DNA from: Paramoeba atlantica
Lineage: Eukaryota > Protista > Discosea
DNA: 64,000 nucleotides
Reading direction: 5' to 3'
Assembly: GCA_977017575.1 (NCBI GenBank)
Contig: CDRNVI010000143.1
Location: 248,001-312,000, forward strand
Shown: positions 28,150-40,328 of the stretch, in pieces
Position numbering within the stretch: the stretch's first letter is position 1
How the letters are laid out: each line of letters opens with the position of its first letter
Notes under the pieces: generated by a model
Told to the model about the DNA's origin: nothing
What the model saw: only the letters and a program-made list of their open reading frames with translations
The model's database searches: none
Position numbers and translations under genes: made by a program

Positions 28150-28271
28150 GTCTTCGGTCATACCCAGTTGAAAGCACCCGATCCCATCAGAACTCGTCGG
28201 AAGTTAAGCAGCTGTGGGCTCGGTTAGTAGAATGGTGGGTGACCACATTCGAATCCCGAGTGCTGAAGACC
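28150..28271 (+). rRNA. 5S: 5S rRNA
   Basis: GTCTTCGGTCATACC...GCACCCGATCCCATC...AGTTAAGCAG...GGTTAGTA...GTGCTGAAGAC; 5'/3' ends pair; followed by T runs. Confidence 0.93.
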
Positions 28272-28446
28272 TTCTCTTTTTTTCTTTTTTTCCTCTTTTC
28301 TTTGCCCTTTTTTTAATTTTCTTCCCCACCAACTTTCTTTTTCTCTCTGTCTTGATGGTATCTTGGATCTTTTTTTTCTTTTCTTTTTTCTTTTTACCCC
28401 CCCCCCCCCCCACACAAATAATATACTCCTTTTTTGATATCATATA

Positions 28447-28497
28447 TTCATTCTCTCTGGGTCCGAATTTTCAAATTAGCATCCAGAGGGTATGAAA
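28447..28497. repeat. ~50-bp stem-loop repeat, copy D
   Basis: TTCATTCTCTCTGG...CCAGAGGGTATGAA; loop similar to copies A and B. Confidence 0.7.
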
Positions 28498-28896
28498 AGT
28501 CAAAAAACAAAAACAACAACAACAACAACAACAATATGTGATCAATATTGAAACACCTTCGCAATCCCATCACCATCTTTTTTTTTTCTTCTCCCTTTTC
28601 CTTTTTCCTTTTCCTTTCCTTTTTTTTTTTCACTTCTGTTCTTTTTCTTTTTTTTTTCTTTTTCTTATTTCTTTTTTTTTTCCATTGTGAGAAGTCTTGG
28701 CTGAGGAGGGTGCCTCCCATCCTTTTGACATCCCTTCTTTTCTTGGGTTTTGAAAAGTTTTTTTCAAACCCAGATTTTTTTTCAAACCCCATACCATCCC
28801 AATCACAATCCAACAGCCACATGTGATTTTTTTTTGCAAAAAAATAAAAAAGGTTGACTCTTTGGCATGGAGGAGAAGGGCAGAAAAGAAAAAAAA

Positions 28897-29055
28897 TGGA
28901 CCGCGACAAAGCGCACGTCCACTCGACCACAAATTGCACAGCCAACAGCCTTTCAGCCTGCTGTGTACAAGGTCCCCTCCCAGATGTGCGAAGGAGAGGC
29001 CCAAGTACAGAACCAGCGCCTACTTGATCACGCCAATTCACTGCCAGGTAAGAAA
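28897..29055 (-). ncRNA. U1: U1 spliceosomal snRNA (5'-end variant)
   Basis: CTTACCTG, helix H (GCAG/CTGT), a 10-bp stem I with GATCAAGTAG loop (U1-70K-type), stem II with TTCGCAC loop, Sm site AATTTGTGG and terminal TGGAC/GTCCA stem; ~160 nt. Confidence 0.88.
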
Positions 29056-30149
29056 ACTTTCCAATACTTCCTTTTTCCTTTTGAAGGGCTTTTGTTCAAA
29101 ATATAAAACAGAAATGTGGGAGAAAAAAAAAACTTTTCACCAATTTTTCAATTTCTCTCTCTTTCGGCGTTCTTTTTTTTGGTGTGACCTTTTTTCCGCT
29201 TTTGTGGAAAAAAGAAACAAAGTTCCATCAAATGAAAGAAAGAAGAAGAGGGAAAGAAAAAAAGATGGGAAACAAACCTGGTTTACAATACCTTAATTTT
29301 TACCTTTTTTTTTACGAAAAATAGTTTTATTCAATGAGAATTTCTTTCATTTTTTTCTTCAAGTCAGAAAAAAATCGAACTGGATCATTGTCTGCCTGTA
29401 AAGGAAGTTTCCAAAAAGAATGGGAAATTCACCTTTTCACAAACCTCGACTTGGGAGAACCAACATACAACAACACGCAGGCGTCCCAACCACGTTCCAG
29501 CCCCATCTTTTTTTCTTCTTCTCCCTTTTTCTTTTCCTTTTCCTTTTCCTTTTTTCTTTTTTTTTCACTTCTTTTCTTTTTTCAATTCTCCTCCATTTTC
29601 TTTCTGATTTTTGTTTTGAAAAAAAACTAAAAAAAAGAAGAAAAAAAGTAGAAAAGGAATCAAGAGGAAAGAGAAAAAAGAGAAAAGAAAAGAAAAAACC
29701 ACCGCTGGGGCTTGGGGGGGGGGAGGCCAAAAAAAAGAAACAGGAAGGAAATGGGCACCCCTGCTCTCCCCTCTTCTTCTTTGAAACTCTAAATCCCCTT
29801 CTCTCTCCCCAAGAAGTTGATGTACCTCTCCAGCACTGCTGGGGACCTACCAACCAAATGGCAAAGAAAACTTTTGGTGCTCAAAACGTCACTTGATCCT
29901 GATGGAAAAAACAAGATCCAGACAAAGAGAAAGAAAAAAGAGGAGAAAAAAGAAAAAGAAGAGAGAGAAAAAGAGACAAGAAAGAAAGAGAAAAGGAAAG
30001 AAAAAGAAAAGAAAGAAGAGAAAAAGAAGAGAGAAAAGAAAAAAAAAGAAGGGAAAAAAGGGAGAAAAAAGAAAACCAAAAAGGAGGAAAAAGGAGGAGG
30101 AAAAAAGAAAAAGGAAGAAGAGACTCCTTGGAAAATAAAAGAAAAAAAA

Positions 30150-31302
30150 GAAAAGAAGTGAAGAAGACCTCTTCTCTCTCTTGTTTCGCTACGCTAACTC
30201 AGGGGGGTTGGACGGTCAGAAAAGAAAGAAGAAAAAGAAAGAAGGGGGTGGGGGAGGGGTAGAAAAGAAGAGAAAGGAGACATCATGATGAATGAAGTCA
30301 AGTTTTGTTGAACACAAAAAAAAAGAAAGAGAACAACAAAGCAAGAGAGAGGAGAGAGGAAAACAAACAAAAAAAACTGAGGCAGAAAAAGACGAAAAGA
30401 GGAGCTTTTCCACTTTTCCACACCCCGAAAAATTTAAGGTTCTAAATCACGAACCTCAAAAATCGCTTTTTTTTTGTTTTTCGGTTTTCGTTTTGGGGCA
30501 AGAGAAGAAGAGAAAGAGAGAGGGAAAGGAAAAGAGAAAGAGAGAAAGAGAGAAAGAGAAAGTGAGAAAGAGAGAAAGAGAGAAAAAGAAAGTGAGAAAG
30601 AGAGAAAAGGAAAAGAGAAAGAGAGAAAGAGAGAAAGAGAAAGTGAGAAAGAGAGAAAGAGAGAAGGAGAGAAAGAGAGAAAAGGAAAAGAGGGAAGAGG
30701 AAAGAAAGAGAGAAAGAGAAAGAAGAGAGAGAGAAAGAAGAGGGAAAGAGGGAAAGAGAGAGAAAAGAGAAAGAGGGAAAGAGGGAAAGAGAAAAGAGGG
30801 AAAGAGGAGAAAGAGAGAAGAGAAAGAGACTTTGTGGAACCACTTTGCGTTTTTTTGGTTGTGAGGTGTCTTTTTCTTTGGTTTTTTTTCCTTTTTCTGT
30901 CTTTTCTTTTCTTTTCTGTTCCTTTTCTTTTCTTGTTTTTCTTGTTTTTTTTCTTTTCTTTCTTGTTTTTTCTTGTTTTCTTTCTTGGTGGATTCCCTTT
31001 TTGTATTTGGCATTTATATATTATAATGTAATGTGTATCTCCTCTCAAATCAAGAGGATATTTTTGTAAAATTTCTTTTTAGTCCAAAAAATAAAACAGA
31101 CAAAAGTTTATCCTTTTTCTCGTCAGAGATTTTACCCAGAAGTTGGCAGGGAACATTGTATTGACTCGACTTGAGAGGGGGAGGGGAGAGACTCATGAAA
31201 GGCAAGATGAAGTTGATTTTAGTAAGCATTTTTTTTTTTTTCGAATTGGTCAGAAAAAATAAAATATTTTTTTTTCCTTGTTATTTTGCCTCTTTTCACA
31301 CC
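30150..31302 (+). repeat. Segmental duplication, copy 1 (continues at 33411-33470)
   Basis: Colinear similarity with about 52700-53745. Confidence 0.75.
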
Positions 31303-31480
31303 CGTTGAAGTCTTGAATGTTCCACAGAATATTCCCATGACAAACAATGAATCCGGAAATCACTTTTCTGGATCGCCGAACAACTTTCTGAGAAAATTTC
31401 CTTTCGCCGAAAACCCGATCAAAACTGAATAATAAATCATTCTCATTTTTCCCATTTCAATTGGTCTTGAGGAATTAACG
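31303..31480 (+). repeat. 5' LTR (CGTT...AACG)
   Basis: Direct repeat of 33233-33410. Confidence 0.95.
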
Positions 31481-31525
31481 GATTAGGAGTTAGCCTTCTT
31501 TATTTCATACAAAGTCTCACAAGTC

Positions 31526-32400
31526 ATGGGTAAAGATGAATTCCTTCCAAAGTTTCAACCTGACAACTGGCACGATTGGTCCTTCAAGATGATCGGACAT
31601 CTCCAAGCCAAAGGTGTTTTTGGTGCAATTGACCATCAATCGAACGATTGGGAGTCTCTAAACGATCAAAAACAACAAGATATGCGATTAAAAGCGTTTA
31701 ACGAACTGCTAAAGTCTCTTGGAAACCTCTACAGCAGCATAGCTCGAATCTTTCGACACCATCAAGCACAAGAACTCTGGCAACATCTACGAGACGAATT
31801 CCGTCACGACACACTCCCTAATCACTTGATCTAAACGAAGAATTTGTCAACTTTAAACACAAAGAAGGGGAAGATGTTGAGTCCTTTCTCGTTCGGTTCG
31901 ATGATGTTGTAAACCGCCTTGGTGCGGCTGGCTTAGCTCCTGCCCCCAACATTTGCTTCCTTCGCCTTATCAAGGCATTCCCCCCATCGCTCAATGATAT
32001 CCGACAAAATCTTATTGTCAGTGAAGAATACAACATCGCCAAAGCAAGAAGACTCGCCCGACGATACCCTTCCTCTTTCACTCAAACCTCCAACTCTGTT
32101 CTACGGATTGGTGGAAAAGAACGAGCCAAATTGGACAAACTCCATTGCCATTATTGTCGACAATCAGGTCATCCTCGAACAAAATGCGAATCTCGTCTTG
32201 CTGATGAAAACTTGGTCTTTTTTTGCCAAACTGCGACGCGCCATGGAGAACTTGAATGGAGGAAACAATCAACAAACGGATCGACGAAGCGTTTAAAAAG
32301 GGTCTTACAGAAGGCAAACAAGAAGAAGAATCGAAAGACGAACAAGTCCATGCGATCCAAGAAGCTTATGATGATATCGATGGGTTCTCGTTTGACTAAA
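31526..32400 (+). pseudogene. gag: Copia-type gag with one frameshift near 31830
   Basis: DNWHDWSFKMIGHL, AQELWQHL, then EEFVNFKHKEGEDVESFLVRFDDVVNRL, and zinc knuckle CHYCRQSGHPRTKC. Confidence 0.85.
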
Positions 32401-33232
32401 CACATAAACTTCTTTGATTTTTTTCTCTTCATTCTTTTCTTTCCAACCGCCTTCTCGCTCTTTGCTCTTTGGCGAAAAGCTGGTTCGACCCAAAAACGTC
32501 CAACAACTTCTTTTGAACAAATAAGGAAAATGGGGGAGAAAATTCTCTTTATTTGGATTTTACCTCACACAATGACTCGTTTTTCAAACTCGAAATGCCT
32601 CTCGACTCGAAACCACAAAAGAGCAGAGCAGGGGGAGAAACAACAACTACTTCTTCTTCAACTCTTCTCTTTTATTCTTCTCGATCTCATCTCAAACATT
32701 CATCACAACAAAGGTTCTTTCTTTCATTATTTTTGACTAACCAATCTGTTTCCAGACTCTCGAAACAGAAAATTCGAACAAACGAAAGAATTATCCCTTT
32801 TCGACCATCTCGAATATTTGAACAACTCCTTCTCACCTGAGGGTTTTTTGCGCCGTGCTTGTCCCGGTTTTCCCTCAAGCAAGGGCTTTCCACTTGTGTG
32901 GTTTTTCCCTTTTGCCATATTTTGTTTTTTTTGACTGAACCTTGACGACTCGAACTTCTCGCGATTCGAAAACTCCAAAGTCTAATGTGGAATTCAAATA
33001 ACCCTGACTCATTCAAACCAAAACCCAATCCTTGGCTGGAGGGATGATTTCGACCCAAAGCCACCTGTTGACATGGAGCACATAGAGGCATCGACCCAGT
33101 GTAGGAAACAAAGGCAGGAATATTGTAAGTCCATTCTGGCCAGGTGGCATTTCTAAGCTGGATAAAAACACGAAATTATCCTTCCGCACGTGTGACTCCG
33201 AACACATTGTTCAATCACAGGAATAGGGGGAG

Positions 33233-33410
33233 CGTTGAAGTCTTGAATGTTCCACAGAATATTCCCATGACAAACAATGAATCCGGAAATCACTTTTCTG
33301 GATCGCCGAACAACTTTCTGAGAAAATTTCCTTTCGCCGAAAACCCGATCAAAACCGAATAATAAATCATTCTCATTTTTCCCATTTCAATTGGTCTTGA
33401 GGAATTAACG
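33233..33410 (+). repeat. 3' LTR
   Basis: Preceded by the polypurine tract and followed by the TSD. Confidence 0.95.
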
Positions 33411-33509
33411 ACACCCTACTTTTTTTTTCAAACAACCAATTTCATTTTGGAGGAGATCATCAAACACCCCCCTACAGAACAGTTCTTTTTTGTCTTTTTT
33501 TTCACAAAT

Positions 33510-33581
33510 TCCCTTGTGGTGTAGTCGGTAACACGGTCGGCTTTCACCCGGCCACCCCGGGTTCGATTCCCGGCAAGGGAG
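33510..33581 (+). tRNA. tRNA-Glu-TTC: tRNA-Glu(TTC), copy 1
   Basis: TCCCTTG...CAAGGGAG with loop CTTTCAC and poly-T terminator. Confidence 0.93.
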
Positions 33582-34429
33582 CTTTTTTTTTTTTTTACCT
33601 TCAATATTTTGTGGAACCACTCCACCACACACACACCACACCATGTGTATGGAGGTGGTGGGGCAGAAATTGGTCTTATTTTTTGAGGTCATTGTTTGTT
33701 CTTTTGTTTTCTCCATGGTGTATCTGTTTGTGGGTCCAGAAAACCAAGAAAAATTTGAAACTTTTTTCAAAAACAATTTTGAAAGTGTCAAATCACACTA
33801 TCATCTTTTTTTGAAGGTTGATGGTGAGGGTGGTCCTCTTTCATCACCAATGTACCACCATTTTAGAAAGAATGGTATGGTTCTCAAAGATTTATTCTTT
33901 CAGTTTCTTTCATTCACATCATCACAGCCTTTTTTACCTGTTTCTTTGGACAATTTTGCAAGAGCTAAACTACAAAAAGCATTTTTCGATTGTCGCAATT
34001 TCCAACTTCAACCCCCCCCCCCCTCATAATTTGGTGCCTGGTTTCTCTCTCTTCCAGACACCCAAGCAAATGGTAGTGTTGACTTATGTTTCTGGGCAAT
34101 CACACCTTCCAACAATTTAATAGAGTAAGACCTTTAACTTCTCGAACAGATCTTTCGACTGCACCCAAGAAGCCATCCACACTTTCTTTGGCCAAACCTT
34201 TGCAAATGCATTGACACCTTGCAGTGTTTTTGGACAAAGGGTCATTGAAAAGAAACAAGGAACAACCGCTGACAGATTGCATGCAGGTGGGGATGCTGAG
34301 GATTAACAGGGCTTTTCCAAGCAGAACATCCATCAGATGAAGTTTGTCCTTGGCCGGTTTCCTGGGTCTGTTTCTGCCCCCCTCTGGTGGACACTCCGTG
34401 TTTTGTCAGTTTGAAGTGAAGCCAGGGCC

Positions 34430-37400
34430 AAAGTAATATAAGACTTTTATAATATATGTGCTCCCACCCTGAGCCAGTTTCCTTTTCCGGCCAAAGTGTC
34501 ATTCTTTCTTTTCATCCTTTTTTCTGTTTGTCCCTCGACCACTGTCAATTTTCGGTCTTCCACAGTGAAGCCAGGGCCGAATTATATCAAGGGCTTATAT
34601 GTGTATTGTGCTCTGCTGAGGGCATCTGGAATTACTAGTTTGTCTTTCCTGGTTTATGGAGAACTTGTCTCTCTCACCATTTGAGAGATGTTATAATTAG
34701 CCAATTGTTTATCATGCCACTTCTTGATTTCTTCATCGAATTGCTCAAGTCCTTCAAGCTGTGGTGGTCGGTGAATGCAACCACATCACATCCTTTGAAT
34801 GAACTCTTTGAACTTTTCCATCGCCCAGTGCAACCCATAACACTCTCTTTTTCTGAGTTAGTGTGTATCCAGTGTGTGAGTTGTTGGAGATCTTTTTCAA
34901 CCCCAAAAAAAGAAAAAAAAGCGAACAAAAAATCTAGGAGTTTTCATTTGAGAAGAGTTGGAGAAGAGTTTACGCGCAGAAAAGGAACGATTTTTGGCTC
35001 AGAGTAGTTCTTTTCTCTGGAAACCACAGGCCTGAAAATTTCTAGGAGAGGTTGGAAGTGCTTTAGATCCACGAGGTGGACTGAAGTTGTGGAAAACTCA
35101 TCCTAAAAAGTAAGGAGGATGGAAAGAAAGAGAAAAAAAAAAAGGCGGTGACTCAGATAAAAAAAAATAATTTATTTTCGCAAAAAAAGTCTATTTGTTG
35201 AGAGCTCTCTCCTCTTTCACAACAACAACTGGGGCGACTGGGAGTTTCCAGTTTTCAACCATCCCCCTTGCTGGCCTTCCATCTTGGTTTCAATGAAAAT
35301 AGCCACCAGAAATAGATAACAGTTTTTTTTCCTTGTGAAAATTTGATTTTCACAGGGCCAGTCACTGTCATGGTGGACCCATCTCGAAAAATTTTCTGAT
35401 ATGCAATGACCCCCAACTTCTTTCGTATTTGTGGAGATCAAGTTGTCCCCAAAATTCTTTTTCCCAGTTTTCCGATTCGTTTTGGTTTTGGTCACATTAT
35501 CATCTACCAAAAAGAAAAAGAGGGCCTCAGGGAAATGTTGAATGAAAACCCGGTGAGAGAACCAATTTTTTGGAGCTTTTCCCCTCCACTAAAAAAATTG
35601 TTGTGTGTGTGAGTGAAAAGAATCTTTTGAAAAAAAAAACTCATGAGAGTGATTTTTACCAATTTTTCAAGGGTCTTTGGGATTCTTTGCGCCAGAACAC
35701 AATGAACCATTTGTTCGTTCGTTCGTTCATCATCATCTCGTGTTCGTTTCCACCTGCTGTTTTTTTCGCTCTTTTTTTTCTGTTTGAAGTGTTTTACTCT
35801 TTTCTAATCAAACAGAGACATTCTTCGGTCTCCCAAGTATCTTTGCTCATTAATTTGTTTTCCATTTCGAGAAGTTGAAAAATAACACCTCCTCCTCTCC
35901 CACACCATCTTGATCCCCCCCAAAATTTTTGAGTGAAAAAGAACCCAATTATCATCCTTTTTGGCAATTGAGTTCATATCTTTTTGCCTTTCCGCGTTTT
36001 TTTTGGGGTCTTTTTTGCCTATCCACTTTGCCACATCACTTCCACAGTCGTGTTTCAGAGCCAAAAAATGCAGGTTGACTTCTGGCTGTGTTCTCTCCCA
36101 AGAATTTTTTTTGACCCAAAGTGGTCAATATTGCTCCGTATCCTTTCTTTGAGGCATGGACATGAATGGAAAAGGTTTTCCTCTGAAATCAAGATGTACC
36201 AACACGAGATATCTCTTTGATTCTTTTCTTCATTCCCTGAAATTCTTTGTCTGTCTGCCTCCTCCGTCCATTTTCAGAATTTCTTTTCTTTCAGGAGTTG
36301 TCTCATATTAAATGTTCTTTTGTGAGCATTTGTGTATGAATCTCCGGCACCAGCACTTACAATCCCGAGAAATGTCTGTAATTCCTTATGGTGTTGGCTG
36401 GTGTTGTGTAATTTCCAATAGCCTCCACTTTGACGTTGTTTGCTTCGATATACCTTCTTTGGATGCAGTGTATCCCAAAAGCATGAATTTTGGTTTGCAC
36501 AAAATGGACTTTGGAAATATTGATTCTCACTTTGTGTTTTTCTATTCTTGTCAATATTTCTTCCAGAGTCTTGTAATGTGTTTTGAAGTCTTTCGAGAAG
36601 ACAACAATCTAATGAAGAGATCTGCCATCTGAATCTTTTCTCCCATTGTGAGTCTCGGGTCATTATGAGTTTTCTGTTTATTCAGATTAGTGAGAGGAAT
36701 TTTTTTTCTCCTTCTTCTTTCTTATTCTTGATACCTTTTAAGATTCCACCAATTTGTTTGATGAGCTCAGCATTTCCTGTTGCATCTTCAGCATTGAGGT
36801 TTGCAATTACCTCTTGAAGCCCATGGAGAATCTTGGTCTTCTTTTGTTGTGGTGGTGGAGCATTTCCATTCAATGTTGGAAACATTTCTCAGTCTCTTGT
36901 AAACCAGGCCTGATCGTCCACCATATCATATTTTGGGTTCTCTCTGACCTCATTGAAGAACATTCTCACTGTTTCTTCCCGCGGTCGCCCATTTTCTGTT
37001 GATCTGGATGTATTTTCCGATCTGAAGCCATGGACACTTCATTATTGATCCATGGTCCACAATGACTCCCTGGAGTAGGCACTTACTTCTTCCTCGTCTA
37101 TGGGATCAAATGGGGTTTCTTCTTGAGCATGATGGTGAGGATCTCACATTCGTGGCCTCTGTGATTGGAGTTTCCACACACAAGAAGCAGAGTCGAAGGT
37201 TGGAATGGACTTTCAGTTCTCGCTTTCTCTCTTCTATATCCGTCAGTATCTTTGATTCCCATCCGTTGATTCCTCGAGGCCAAATAAACTGGGAAAACAG
37301 AAAATGGTTTATTATTGTGAAGATTGCTTTGCAATAACCCTCGCAATAAGATAACTGCATTGTAGGTTCAGTGTAAGTTCAGTGAAGATGCGAATGTCAA

Positions 37401-39750
37401 AAAGGAATGTATGCATTGTTCGTCATATGGAATATTCAGTGAATTGTCAGACTTCAACGCCATCTTAGAAAGATCCATCCCTTTGGTGTCTCTATTTTAA
37501 CAGGTGAGAGAGAGGCGTTCATGACTTCAACAAAGTCAGTCCATGTTTTTCTGCTTTTGTAAATTTGATACTGAGCCTCTGTTTGAGTGTCCATCTCCAT
37601 TTTGTGCTCAATCTCTGAGATGAGTTCCTGGTCTGAGACTTGGTATGGTTTCTTTCCTCTCTTTCTTGAGTAGAGATCGACAAACTTGAGAGCTTTCTTC
37701 TTAAAGGTCAGATCCCCGTAGCTGTCATCAATCCGAAATTGATTATACTGACTGATCGGGTTCTGTACTCTGGAATCCCCATAAGCCTCTTGAAGATGTG
37801 GGATTGTCTTTTGGAGGTCATCTTGTGGCACTGCTCCAATTGAGCCCCAGGAGAGACACTGTAAAGGAGATCCACCTCCCTTTCAGGATGTCCGCCATTG
37901 CAACTGTATTCTCCCACAGGTGGTACTGGCTATGCAATCCTGCACCCAGACACAAAAATTGGCTATTGGATCCAAAGTCTGTCTTTCCAACTGTAGTTCA
38001 AATTTTGTGTCTATTCTCCTTCAAATTATCTTTTACTCTTCCATCCCTTGTGGTTACTGCCTGGCTGATGGGTTGATTCCCATTCTTACTGAGGGGGGGT
38101 TCCTGGTGGGCTTTGTTGAGACCGCTGGGAATAGGTCCTTATCTAATTAGTGATCGAGGCCAAAAGCCTCCCTTCCATCTCTGAGAGCATCTCTTTGGCT
38201 TCATCCCTGGTGAAGGTGGGTTCCACTTGGGGTACCATCCTTTCTCCCTCTGGGGGTTCTTCCTGTTCCTCAAGTTCTTCCTGGTGGAACAGTTCTCTTT
38301 CTTGGGGGTTTTCAGGCTCTTGCCTTTCCTCGGGGCGGGCTCAACCTTCTTGATCACTGCCGTTTTCAAAAGGGGACTCTTGGCAGCGTCATGACCCTCA
38401 ACTGGGCCAAAGGGTCAGGAATGATCATCAGAAGAGGAAGAACTGGAGGAGGAAGCCCTGTTTCGTGACTTCCTACGCTTCTTACGATTCTTCTTCTTCA
38501 CCACAGCTGTATCAGATGACTGAGCAAGGGGGGGGAATCAGCACAGGTGATGCCACGACTGGAGGCATTTGATACGGACCAGGGAACTGAGGTGGGAAAG
38601 GTGGCCAAAAACCCATGGGGAAAGACAGGACTGCTGGACCAGGAACTTGACTCAAAGAACCACTAATCTGGTTCAAGGCTTGTTCAGCTGATTTTGGGAC
38701 AACTGGAGCAGGTGCCGCCGCAGTCTTGGCCTTATTAGGACAATTTCTAGATGGTGACCACTTTCACCACAGGAGAAACAACCTTTTTTGTTTGGTCTGG
38801 TGGTGGCGATACCACGCGCAGGAAGGGCAAGGTCCCACCCTCTCAGATCAGTGTCTCGAAGTAAGTCTGCAGAACCCAAATAAACTGGCTCAGGAACTTA
38901 GCATAATGAACAGGATTTCCACCCAATGAAGCTTCCTCGAGAACCTTTTCCACGTGGAGAGCATCACAAGTACAGAGGACCGACAACTCATTGTCATTCC
39001 TTGCCGCCTTCTTCGATGTGGCCCACGTTTCCAGGCCAGGTGAATGGATTATCCAAAATATATGACCGCGCAGGGTCATGTTTAAGCATGGATTGACCAC
39101 TAGTCGGTTTAATAAAACCAGGGGGAGGAATTTGCAAGGACAAGCCAGGAATTTTGTTCAACCCAGATGACATCAAAGACTGTGGCGAAGGGGAGGGCGA
39201 AGGAGCCAGAGCGTTCAATGTATTCTGGCCAAAGATGGGAGAAGACGAGAGAGCATCCGAGGGAGACCACATCGAGCATGTAGAAGACGAGGAGGAGGAG
39301 ATAACAGAACCTGGAGACAGGTTGCTTGAGGGTGGGGTTGACAATGAAACAAGTTGGGACCACCTGGATCCCTGTCCACAACAGCTTGGAGCAAACTAGT
39401 GAGAGCATCAAACCGCTTTTCCAGGGAAGCCAGACGATCAGCAGGTTGTGTGGCATCGCCCATTGCGACCTCATATTCAGTATCAGAATCGTGAGTGTTT
39501 GACATCGTGTACACAATACAGCCAAACAGAAAAACAAAGGGTAAAAAAGCCAACAGGCAACAAAAAACCCAATAAACAGAACACAAAAAACCAATAGTGT
39601 CAGGCTCACGAACAGAACACAAGAAAACAACATTCATGAGAACAAAAAGAAAAGTGAAAAAGAAAGAAAGAAGTGAGAGCAGTGACACTGGTTGAGATTC
39701 CAATCTCAGAGACCAACAGGGTCTGATGTCAGCCACCTTCCCAGAAAAAA
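34430..39750 (-). mobile_element. Degraded Ty3/gypsy LTR retrotransposon with internal insertions and deletions
   Basis: Gag zinc knuckle CFSCGESGH (~38770); RT end IVVFSKDFKTHYKTLEEIL...ISKVHF and KELQTFLG (36300-36630); RNase H FTDHHSL, HKPGKTN and PDALSR (34620-34860). Boundaries and LTRs were not resolved. Confidence 0.7.
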
Positions 39751-40255
39751 GGAGACCCTGGGTGACGGAAAAGTCACCCTCTACAGGTTACCCCGCTTTC
39801 CTAATTGGAAAGCGGCCACAATTACCCTTCAAGAGCACCTTTCTAAAGGGACCACACACACACACAGAGAGAGAAGACAATAAAAGACAGAAGTCCAAAG
39901 GGAAGGCCACAAAATAATAGTTATGGCTGCACCATAAGACACCATCAGAAGATCCATTGCAGGCATTATGTCATTGAAAACACATCTTTTCTCCCTCAAT
40001 GGTCTTGTTGCAGACCCAGAGCTGCACTGATCACACCACCAACCCTTCCAGTTCCTTCACATCACTTGAAGCAGAGCCATTTCCATATTGAGTGATGCAT
40101 AACACATAGATTGAGAAATCACATGGATTTCATTTCTAATCACAGCAATGGCACTCAGAGCAGCCACGCCCAAGCCATGAGGACACATCCACACTTTCTT
40201 TGGCCAAAACCTTGGCAGCGGCATTTTGTTGTGTAAAAAAAGAAAAGAAAAAAAA

Positions 40256-40328
40256 CTCCACCTGGAGGGTTCGAACCTCCGACCTTGTGGTTAACAGCCA
40301 CACGCTCTGCCAACTGAGCTAAGGAGGA
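40256..40328 (-). tRNA. tRNA-Asn-GTT: tRNA-Asn(GTT)
   Basis: TGTGG-CTGTTAA-CCACA arm; one T:T mismatch in the acceptor stem. Confidence 0.9.

Larger units (their letters stand above)
31303..33410 (+). mobile_element. Non-autonomous gag-only copia-like LTR retrotransposon (TR-GAG-like), 2108 bp
   Basis: Two 178-bp LTRs differing at 1 nt; 5-bp TSD ACACC (31298-31302 and 33411-33415); PPT GAATAGGGGGAG; gag present, no RT or integrase. Confidence 0.93.

Noticed and set aside
28823-29296. Plus-strand ORFs resembling an EF-Tu start (MDRDKAHV)
   Set aside because: The sequence is the antisense of the U1 snRNA and the frame stops soon after.
29815-29905. Possible box C/D snoRNA (TTGATGT...CTGA) with a short U2-complementary stretch
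   Set aside because: The C box is imperfect, there is no terminal stem, and a 9-nt match is expected by chance.
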